IMG/VR virus record: IMGVR_UViG_3300024181_000008
Coordinates: 1 to 43,425 of that record
Strand: one strand, 5' to 3'
Origin: a virus
Taxonomy: Duplodnaviria; Caudoviricetes
Length of the DNA stretch: 43,425 nucleotides
The stretch's first letter is position 1, and each line of letters begins with the position of its first letter. The position numbers were made by a program, and so were the translations under genes. Shown piece after piece: positions 1-7,263 of the stretch. The notes below the pieces were generated by a model, which was given only the letters and a program-made list of their open reading frames with translations, was not told the origin of the DNA and made no database searches.

Positions 1-127
1 GCTCTATAACGACCTTGTGAGCAAGGTCTTGAAGCCGATGCAAACGCTCGCGCAGAAGGCCGCAAACGACCCGCTCGCAGCCGATCGACAAAAGCTCGAA
101 GCCGATCGTCAGGAACTTCTAACCCGT
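1..127. repeat. 127-bp terminal direct repeat, left copy (circular assembly overlap)
   Basis: Bases 1-127 (gctctataac...aacccgt) are identical to 43299-43425; one ORF reads through the junction; 127 is a common assembler k-mer size. Confidence 0.95.
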
Positions 128-625
128 GAGCAAAAGATGTTCTACGGGACAGTCCGAACGGACGTTAACACTCAGGTCACGGCCTTGATCAACAAAGAGC
201 TTCGAACCGTGCTCGGCGACAAGCGGCTCGACGTGAATCTCGGCAATCGCTTGCGTAAGGCGATCAATGAAGAACTTGCGACGAAGACGAACTCGAACCC
301 GATTTACTCGCGGCAATATAAGGCGATGATGGCGGGCGGCGACAAGGATAAGGCTGTAAAGTTCATCGTCACAAACGCCTCGAAAAACGTTTCGGCAGTC
401 GTTAAGCAAATCGTGAAAGAGTTCGCTCTGACGCCCGGAAGCCGCGGGAATGGCGCCGGGGGCTCGCAGCAACGGCGCGCGACCTCGAGCGGCAACGGTC
501 AACCGCAAACGATTCCAGGCAAGCCGAAGGCGGGAGACGTCGACTGGACCCGGAGCGACAAGTCGCAATTCATTTTGCCGCATGGGCAGGTGTGGGACAA
601 GCAAGGCAAACTTCGGAAGTGGTGA
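2..625 (+). CDS. 3' part of putative capsid scaffolding protein (full gene 42643 across the origin to 625, 426 aa)
   Basis: Same frame as the ORF starting at ATG 42643; lies between portal and major capsid genes; helical, charged, with Gly-rich linkers. Confidence 0.75.
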   Translation, partial: LYNDLVSKVLKPMQTLAQKAANDPLAADRQKLEADRQELLTREQKMFYGTVRTDVNTQVTALINKELRTVLGDKRLDVNLGNRLRKAINEELATKTNSNPIYSRQYKAMMAGGDKDKAVKFIVTNASKNVSAVVKQIVKEFALTPGSRGNGAGGSQQRRATSSGNGQPQTIPGKPKAGDVDWTRSDKSQFILPHGQVWDKQGKLRKW

Positions 626-629
626 CGGA

Positions 630-912
630 GTCAGGTTGCTGTGAACTTGGCAGTTCTAGGCAAACCAATAACTGACAAAAACAATGCGCTGCCCGTGGCA
701 GCCTAAAGACTCACGGCGGGGGCGGGCGACCGTCCCCCGTAAAAAGATTCTCTGATCGTTGGACCTCAAAGAGCCGCGGACTCTCTCTAACCCGCTAAGT
801 GAAGCGTCCGACCGATCAGGATGTAAGGCCCCGCTACGGCGGGACGCTGTGCGCTAAACACTCGGCAGACCGAAGCCGTGCGCTGCAGGAGCGCGAATCG
901 AAGCGTGCAAGC
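630..912 (+). ncRNA. Structured RNA element in the scaffold-capsid intergenic region (family unknown)
   Basis: At least six helices readable by eye, including GCGA and cUACGg tetraloop hairpins, G-U pairs and A-rich linkers. Confidence 0.55.
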
Positions 913-933
913 TCAAAAACAGGTACCCAGGCT

Positions 934-2271
934 ATGACCGCAATGAATGAGCAAGCGACTCAGGCCGTGGAACTCGAGGCCGTTCGGGAAGATGTTCCCG
1001 ATTTGATGCTCACCGAGGACACGTTCTACGCTCGGCTCAAGAAAGCGGGCCGTGTCATCCCCATGTCGACCTCGACGGGCGGCGGATACGGTTCAAGCTT
1101 CGACAGCGGCGGACGGCCTTCGCTTCGCATTCCGATGCGAATCAAGGCAGGTTCGGCGCATACCCAATTCGACGCGAACGGCGGCGACATGGGACGCGGC
1201 ACGGGCTCGGTTTACGCTGCCCAGTTCCTTTCTCCGGTTTCCTTCTCGGAAGCTTGCGAGATCACGGCACAAGCGCAGTGGTCGACCGACTCGGGCAAAA
1301 AGTCCCGAATCAACGTCAAAGCGACCGAATTCACTCACACTCTTGAGCAGTTCAAGAGCAACCTCGACGCCGATTTGCAGGGCGACGGTTCCGGCACGCT
1401 CGGGACGGTCGTCACGGCGAGTTCGGGTTCCGGCTCTGCCGGTCCTTCGTTCTCGTTTGTCGACGTCGACAACGCAAACCAGTTTTTCGACAACCAAGTC
1501 GTGCAGGTTTTTCCGTCGGTTGGCGGAACGACCCGCGGCTCGTTTCAGATCTCGTTTGTTGACGGCGTCGTCAATCGTTTGTGGTCTGCCGATGCTCTGC
1601 CGAACGCTGGCGGGGCGACGACCACGGGCGACTTGCTCGTCGTGAACGGCGCGGCCGGAACGGCCGGCACGTCGATCATGGGCATCAAGGCGTATCAGGT
1701 AAACGGGAACACGGGGACCCTTAACGGGCTCTCGCGGAACCAATACCCGGGCCGTCTTTCGACCCCCACGGTCGACCTTGCGGGCGCGGCGATCACGGAA
1801 CAGACCGGTCGCTTCATTACAAGCAAGATCGCATTGGCACTCGGAAACGAGTCGCCGGCTTTGGCCGATCTTGTTTGGTATATGAACGTCGATCAGGCGG
1901 CCGCGATCGAGAACCTCGCGACACAGGTCGCGATCACGAATCAACAGCAGATCAAGGGCGACTCGTCCCAGGATATGCTGAAAAAGTTCACGCCCTCGAC
2001 GTTTGTCGGTTACGACATAATCAAGAGCGTGCACGCCGAACCCGGGCGCGTTGACGCGCTATGCCTCAAGTACTGGGGCATCGGAGAACTCAAGGCTTCT
2101 GACCTGTACGACGTGAACGGCCAAACGGTCTTCCCGACGATTGGTTCTTCCGGCGGCATCAACGCCTCGAGCATCTTCTATTTCGTGACCTCGCTGAACG
2201 TTTATAACTCGAACGTTCGCGCCGGCGCGTACATCCAGAACGCGCAAATCCCGAACGGCATCTTCGGATAA
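934..2271 (+). CDS. Major capsid protein (445 aa from ATG 934)
   Basis: Position after portal and scaffold; size and composition fit; followed by hairpins; ATG 934 preferred over GTG 799, which lies inside the structured RNA. Confidence 0.8.
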   Translation: MTAMNEQATQAVELEAVREDVPDLMLTEDTFYARLKKAGRVIPMSTSTGGGYGSSFDSGGRPSLRIPMRIKAGSAHTQFDANGGDMGRGTGSVYAAQFLSPVSFSEACEITAQAQWSTDSGKKSRINVKATEFTHTLEQFKSNLDADLQGDGSGTLGTVVTASSGSGSAGPSFSFVDVDNANQFFDNQVVQVFPSVGGTTRGSFQISFVDGVVNRLWSADALPNAGGATTTGDLLVVNGAAGTAGTSIMGIKAYQVNGNTGTLNGLSRNQYPGRLSTPTVDLAGAAITEQTGRFITSKIALALGNESPALADLVWYMNVDQAAAIENLATQVAITNQQQIKGDSSQDMLKKFTPSTFVGYDIIKSVHAEPGRVDALCLKYWGIGELKASDLYDVNGQTVFPTIGSSGGINASSIFYFVTSLNVYNSNVRAGAYIQNAQIPNGIFG

Positions 2272-2278
2272 CATTTTC

Positions 2279-2346
2279 CCCGAGAACTCGGCCAATCACC
2301 GACTCGGGCGGCAGGCATGGGGCGGGGAAACCCGCCCCCTCTCTGC
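2279..2346 (+). terminator. Twin hairpins after the capsid gene (partial terminator or mRNA stabiliser)
   Basis: cccgag...ctcggg nested hairpin, then ggggcggg-GAAA-cccgcccc; only a weak U-tract follows. Confidence 0.5.
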
Positions 2347-2373
2347 TATTTCAGGAAATCAGGAGAACAGAAC

Positions 2374-2706
2374 GTGAGCAAGATCGAGAACTATCAGCCC
2401 CTCGGGGCCTTCATTCTCATCAAAGTGATCGAGGAAGATCTCGAGATGATCGGCGGGATTGTCCTGCCCGATATCGCGAAGCAGAAGTCGAACAAAGGCC
2501 GCGTGATCGCGGTCGGCGAAGGACTAAGACAGTTACAGTCGAACTCGATGCAGCAAGTCGGAGTCGAAGTCGGCGACACCGTTTTGTTCAGCAAATACGG
2601 CGGAACCGACGTCAAGCTCGACGGCGAGGACTATCAACTCGTCCGCTATGACGAGATCTACCTCAGAGAGCGCAAGGTCGCGCTTGTTTCGAGTGTGGCG
2701 CCATGA
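2374..2706 (+). CDS. groES: Co-chaperonin GroES/Cpn10-like protein (110 aa)
   Basis: PLGxxILIK, GGIVLPDxAKQK mobile loop, GRVIAVGEG, VGDTVLFSKYGGTDVKLDGEDY are hallmark GroES motifs; AGGAG SD before GTG 2374. Confidence 0.92.
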   Translation: MSKIENYQPLGAFILIKVIEEDLEMIGGIVLPDIAKQKSNKGRVIAVGEGLRQLQSNSMQQVGVEVGDTVLFSKYGGTDVKLDGEDYQLVRYDEIYLRERKVALVSSVAP

Positions 2707-3011
2707 AGTTCAGAAAAAAGCCGGTTGTGATCGAAGCGGTTCAACTGACCTGGGCGAATTGGGGCGAGATTTGCGACTTCGTTCCTAAACCGTGGTTTGT
2801 TCGCGGCGTTTGGCTCGATGAAAACGGCAAGCCCTTACCTGACGGGCAAACTCGCTTTACCAATGGCGAAGGTAATCTCGGTTTGCTTATGAAGACGCTC
2901 GAGTCGGAAGAGTTCCTCGCGACGGGCGGCGATTGGATTATAAAGGGCGTCAAGGGCGAATTCTACCCCTGCAAGCCCGACATTTTTGCGGCGACCTACG
3001 AGCCGGCATGA
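2703..3011 (+). CDS. Conserved small phage protein (KFRKKPVVIEAVQ...GDWIIKGVKGEFYPCKPDIF family)
   Basis: Recognisable widespread phage family; ATGA overlap with groES. Confidence 0.85.
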   Translation: MKFRKKPVVIEAVQLTWANWGEICDFVPKPWFVRGVWLDENGKPLPDGQTRFTNGEGNLGLLMKTLESEEFLATGGDWIIKGVKGEFYPCKPDIFAATYEPA

Positions 3012-3739
3012 CCTGGACGATCAGCGGAAGCGAACGCCGGCGCTGCCCGCCCGAATACCAGGAGCACCTCAACCGCCTCGGCGGATTCAACCGCTTCGGC
3101 GAGCCAAACTTCCTGCTCGTTTGGGGTCAAACCCATACGGATACGATCTACGGGCAAATGCACGACGGCAAGCGCGGGCAGCACGTCATTTTGATGTTTC
3201 ACGACATTCCCGCTTGGCATTTGCTTCAATGGAAACCGCCCGAAAACTTCGGAACGGCCGAGATGTGGTACGCGATGACCTGGAACGAGGACGACTTGCT
3301 TCACATCCTCGGGAATTACCCGAGCCGCGGCGTTTACATGGCGTGCCCGTTCAATCTCTACGTTAAGAAGATCATCAAGGGCGACGTCGTCACGAACCCG
3401 GACGGCTCGAAAGAGATCAGGGGCGAACGGCTCGAAATCGAGGCGATGCCGCTTTCGTTCTGGATTCTGGACCTTCTCGTCCCGAACATTTTGAAGGAAC
3501 GGGACAAGACGTACCTCGAGAAACAGTTTGCGGTCAGGGCGCAAATGGAGCGCGAACGCAAGGCATGGCGTGACAAGGCGATGGACGCCTACCGCAATGC
3601 TTCGCCCGCCTTCGGTGGGAACGACTTCGACAAGAGTCAGAACCGCGAACGGATGCTTGCCGAACTCAAGGCTAAACGCTTCCCCGTCACGGCCGAAGAG
3701 GCCGCGCGACGATTGGGACGCGGGCACACCGTTCGATAG
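3008..3739 (+). CDS. Hypothetical phage protein (243 aa)
   Basis: ATGA-coupled to the previous gene; protein-like sequence. Confidence 0.8.
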   Translation: MTWTISGSERRRCPPEYQEHLNRLGGFNRFGEPNFLLVWGQTHTDTIYGQMHDGKRGQHVILMFHDIPAWHLLQWKPPENFGTAEMWYAMTWNEDDLLHILGNYPSRGVYMACPFNLYVKKIIKGDVVTNPDGSKEIRGERLEIEAMPLSFWILDLLVPNILKERDKTYLEKQFAVRAQMERERKAWRDKAMDAYRNASPAFGGNDFDKSQNRERMLAELKAKRFPVTAEEAARRLGRGHTVR

Positions 3740-3772
3740 AATCAGGAAATCAGGAAAAGGAGAACGAGAACC

Positions 3773-4585
3773 ATGCCACTAGCAGAAGGAAAAACGGCGC
3801 TTGCCGACGAGCAAGCCCGACTCAAGGAACAGGAACTCGACGGGCCGATTATCTACACGCCGAGCCCGCTTTTGGACATGCTGCCTTCGGGGCACGTCTA
3901 CGTTTTCAGCGTCTTTCCGCAAGAAAAGATCGTCGCGAAGGGAATTCTCGGCAAATACCGGATTCCGGCTTGTGCGGCCGGCGAACGAGTGTCGACGCCG
4001 CTCAAAATTCCCCTGATCGTTATGTCGTCGTACTTCGACGCGGCGAGTCAGAGCATGAAAACCGATATTATGAAAGGCGAAGCCCTCGCTCAGGATATCG
4101 TGCGGCCTTACACACTTCTCGAGCGCGGCGCCGACTGGTCGGTCGGCAATGTTCTCGATGACTACGGCGTTTTCTGGACGAAAAACGAGGTTCCGACGGA
4201 CAAGGAAGTCGCCCGAGCCCGGGAGAAACTTGAAACACTTTTCCGCCGGCAACTTTCGGAAGCGACGCGGCTCGAGACGACCGATCAACTCGAGTTCATC
4301 ACGCCCTTGATGCGGCTCGCGGCTTCCTACTTCAAGGAAGACCGGCCGTGGAACCGGATTTACAAGAAAATGGAAGCCTGCTTCGCGTGCGGCGGCGATG
4401 TTCGCGCCGGCGTGATCATTCACTCTTGCGGCGCGGTTATGCCCGGACAGTGGAACCGCGCAATCGCGGCAGGACTCAAGACGGTTGAACAGGCCCTTGC
4501 GGCTGGAATCGACCTGGACGCCGAAAAGGCGCCGGCGAGTGATAAGCCCGCAAGGGGTAAGGGAAAAGCAGCCGACAAGCCGTAA
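3773..4585 (+). CDS. Hypothetical phage protein (270 aa) with C-terminal CxxC...HxC motif
   Basis: AAGGAG SD; long ORF in the head module; CFACG...HSCG. Confidence 0.8.
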   Translation: MPLAEGKTALADEQARLKEQELDGPIIYTPSPLLDMLPSGHVYVFSVFPQEKIVAKGILGKYRIPACAAGERVSTPLKIPLIVMSSYFDAASQSMKTDIMKGEALAQDIVRPYTLLERGADWSVGNVLDDYGVFWTKNEVPTDKEVARAREKLETLFRRQLSEATRLETTDQLEFITPLMRLAASYFKEDRPWNRIYKKMEACFACGGDVRAGVIIHSCGAVMPGQWNRAIAAGLKTVEQALAAGIDLDAEKAPASDKPARGKGKAADKP

Positions 4586-4612
4586 ACAACGGTTTACCAA
4601 GCGGCCTACGAT

Positions 4613-4678
4613 CTTCGGGGGGCGGCAAGATACCTGTAGAGACTCCTGATCTTTACAGGCCTTGCTTGCCCCTCGGGG
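4613..4678 (+). promoter_or_regulatory. 66-nt imperfect RNA hairpin with loop CUCCUGA
   Basis: 4613-4629 pairs with 4661-4678 and 4633-4642 pairs with 4650-4659; several G-U pairs favour the + strand. Confidence 0.7.
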
Positions 4679-4702
4679 CTTCAACAATTTTAGGGGGACC
4701 TT

Positions 4703-5494
4703 TTGCCGAGCGTACCGGTAGGAACTTACTTCACAGCCGACGAAGGCTTGAACCTTGCGCGAGCAATCGTCAATGACATGTTGCGCTCGAGTGCCGGTCA
4801 GACGCTCTCGAATACCAAGCCGTACACGATCGAATATCTAAACGCCGCGGTCGAAGATTGTCAGGAATACCTCGCCAACAATGGAGTGACGTCGAACATC
4901 AAGGATGACGTCATTCTCTCGCCTCTTACGCCCGTCCAAAACGTCAATCCAGGAGTTCAAGTTTATGTCAGCGTCGAAGGTTACTTCGACGGCTCGGTTA
5001 TGCACTCGACCCCTGCCCTTCCGCCCGACATGATTCTACCGCTTCGCTTGTGGGAACGTCAGACGGGGAGCGGTCAAACGTTCCAGCCCATGAATCAACC
5101 GGAAGACGGGCTTCCCTCGGTTCAGCAAGGGACCTTTTTCAGTATGTGGGAATGGCGCGAAGACAAGATCGCCCTTTTTGGCGCGACGCAATCGCGCGAC
5201 CTTCGCGTGCGCTATGAAGCCGCGCTTCTCCCCATCAAAAACGACGCGGACCTCACGAAGGCGATCATCAAGATTCGCGGCGGCAAGCGCGCCGTCGCTT
5301 TCGCTGTTGCCGAGTATTTCGCGGCTGCCAGGGGCGCACCTCAACAGACCTGGGCGAATCAGCAAAAGACCGCGCGTCTCGACGAGCTTGTGAACCGGCA
5401 GGTCAGGAAAGATCAGCGCATTGCGTTCAGGCCGAAAGCCTACAATGCCGACCGCGGTTCAATCGACGGAAGTCTTTCGGGGTCCTTCAAGTGA
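4703..5494 (+). CDS. Putative head-tail adaptor (podovirus tail tubular A-like)
   Basis: Size and position downstream of capsid; N-terminal helical YLNAAVEDCQ segment, LPPD motif and C-terminal helices typical of adaptors. Confidence 0.6.
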   Translation: MPSVPVGTYFTADEGLNLARAIVNDMLRSSAGQTLSNTKPYTIEYLNAAVEDCQEYLANNGVTSNIKDDVILSPLTPVQNVNPGVQVYVSVEGYFDGSVMHSTPALPPDMILPLRLWERQTGSGQTFQPMNQPEDGLPSVQQGTFFSMWEWREDKIALFGATQSRDLRVRYEAALLPIKNDADLTKAIIKIRGGKRAVAFAVAEYFAAARGAPQQTWANQQKTARLDELVNRQVRKDQRIAFRPKAYNADRGSIDGSLSGSFK

Positions 5495-6846
5495 GCGCAA
5501 CGTTCTTTCGTTACGACGGCACAGTACGAACCGTTCTAGGCGAGGCAATCTCAGGCGCCGCGATTGCGGTTCTTACGCAACCCGCCGACACTTCGACTCA
5601 GCCGGGGTCCCCGCTTGCGACGATCTATTCGGCGCCCAATTCAAACGCGCCGACTGTGACCGCGGCCTCTTGGCTTGCCGGCACCGTGACCCTGACGCTG
5701 AACACAGTTCCCGCGGATATCGTGCCCGAAAGCTTCATCGAAGTGATTGGGCTCAATCCCGCGGCTTACAACGGCATTGCCGAAGTCGTTTCGGTCGACC
5801 CAGTCGCGAAGACCGTCACCTTCGACCTTCCGCTCAATCCGGGAACCTTTGTTTCGGGCGGCACGTTGCGGACGAGCGCACTTCCGAATCCGCTTCAATC
5901 CGACAACCTCGGCAATTACTTCTTCTATGCGACATCCGGAATCTATACCGTGCAGATCTACGACCTGCCGGCCCTTCCGGGTGAGCAGCTTGTTCTCGCC
6001 GATCAAAATGTCGTCGCTGGCGGCGGCACGGGTTCGGTGACGAGCGTCGCTCTCAATATGCCCGCCGAGTTTGCGGTTTCGGGTTCGCCCGTTTCTTCGG
6101 CCGGGACGCTCGGCGTTACCTGGGCGAATGAGCTTGCAAACCGCGTGCTCGCGGGCCCTGCTTCGGGGCCTGCAGCGACACCCAACTTCCGGGCGCTTGT
6201 GCCGGCCGACTTCCCCGCGGGCGTCGGAACGGTGACAAGCGTCGCCCTTACGACTACGGTTCCCGCGGCTTTGCTTTCCGCTAGTGTAACGGGTTCACCG
6301 GTCACGACGACGGGGACACTCGCGATCGTCATCACGCTTGCGAATCAGCCGGCAAATACGGTCTTTGCGGGGGCAACTTCGGGCGGCGTTTCGGCGCCGA
6401 CTTTCCGCGCGCTTGTCGCCGCGGACCTGCCGGGGGTCCTGCTTCAATCGGTTTCTGTTTCGCTCTCTTCGGCCGACCTTCTCGCTCTGCTCGGGACGCC
6501 GAAGACGCTTGTCGCAGCGCCCGGAGCCGGTTTTACGATCGTCCCCTTAATGATCTTGATCGAGTTCTTCGGGGGTACGGTCGCTTATACCGATGCTGGC
6601 GGCGCCGTAAGCTTTTCGATCGGGAGCGCATCTGAGGCCCTTGCTTCGAATGCGATCTTCCTCGTCACCGTCGCGCCGAACAAGGGAATCCAGCGATTCG
6701 GGCCCTTGCTCGCAACGGACACGGCCGGGAACCCCCCGAGTGACGAAAACGCCGCGCTCACAATCAGCAAGGCGACGAACAATTTCGCAGCCGGCGACGG
6801 CACGGCGAAAATTCTAGTGCAATACCTCATCTTGCCGACGACTTAA
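5491..6846 (+). CDS. Tail fibre/appendage-like virion protein (451 aa)
   Basis: Two internal GTVTSVAL...GSPVTxxGTL...PTFRALVxADxP repeats typical of fibres; beta-rich N- and C-terminal domains. Confidence 0.7.
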   Translation: MSATFFRYDGTVRTVLGEAISGAAIAVLTQPADTSTQPGSPLATIYSAPNSNAPTVTAASWLAGTVTLTLNTVPADIVPESFIEVIGLNPAAYNGIAEVVSVDPVAKTVTFDLPLNPGTFVSGGTLRTSALPNPLQSDNLGNYFFYATSGIYTVQIYDLPALPGEQLVLADQNVVAGGGTGSVTSVALNMPAEFAVSGSPVSSAGTLGVTWANELANRVLAGPASGPAATPNFRALVPADFPAGVGTVTSVALTTTVPAALLSASVTGSPVTTTGTLAIVITLANQPANTVFAGATSGGVSAPTFRALVAADLPGVLLQSVSVSLSSADLLALLGTPKTLVAAPGAGFTIVPLMILIEFFGGTVAYTDAGGAVSFSIGSASEALASNAIFLVTVAPNKGIQRFGPLLATDTAGNPPSDENAALTISKATNNFAAGDGTAKILVQYLILPTT

Positions 6847-6863
6847 AAGGAGAGAAGGAAAAA

Positions 6864-7259
6864 ATGGCAACCGCAACGTTTAAGTTCAATATCAACAATC
6901 GAGTCCCGCTCGGCGAAAAGAATCAGAAGACCGTGCGGTACTACGGCACGATCACCTTCTCGGCCGCCGCCGATGTTTATGCGACGGGCGGGCTTTTGCC
7001 GACGACCGGATTCGATTTGAAGCACCTCGGGCCCTATGGCGACCGCGTCCCCTTGATCGTTCTGATCAAAAGCGCGAACGCTTCGGGCTTCGACTATGAG
7101 TGGAATCAGTCGACCGGGAAGCTCGAGATTCTCTCGAACGCCGGGAGCGGCACCGCGGCCCCGACCGAAATCACGAACGGGACCGCACTCAGCGCGACGA
7201 CGCCCGCGATCTCGGGCGACGTGATCAATTTCGAGGCCGTTTTCCCGACGGGCAACTAA
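6864..7259 (+). CDS. Small virion/decoration-like protein (131 aa)
   Basis: Strong SD; YATGG...GFDYEWNQSTGKL..EITNGT pattern seen in small phage structural proteins. Confidence 0.6.
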   Translation: MATATFKFNINNRVPLGEKNQKTVRYYGTITFSAAADVYATGGLLPTTGFDLKHLGPYGDRVPLIVLIKSANASGFDYEWNQSTGKLEILSNAGSGTAAPTEITNGTALSATTPAISGDVINFEAVFPTGN

Positions 7260-7263
7260 GCGA

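Noticed and set aside
659-720. c-di-GMP-I riboswitch (GGCAAACC...GCCTAAA)
   Set aside because: The GNRA-capped P2 stem and GACGCAAAGC core are missing
799-933. 45-aa N-terminal extension of the capsid from GTG 799
   Set aside because: No SD, lies within RNA helices, and the peptide is not protein-like; ATG 934 preferred
6745-6806. DGR template/variable repeat pair with 32871-32932
   Set aside because: Differences are not adenine-specific, both copies are coding, and no reverse transcriptase is present
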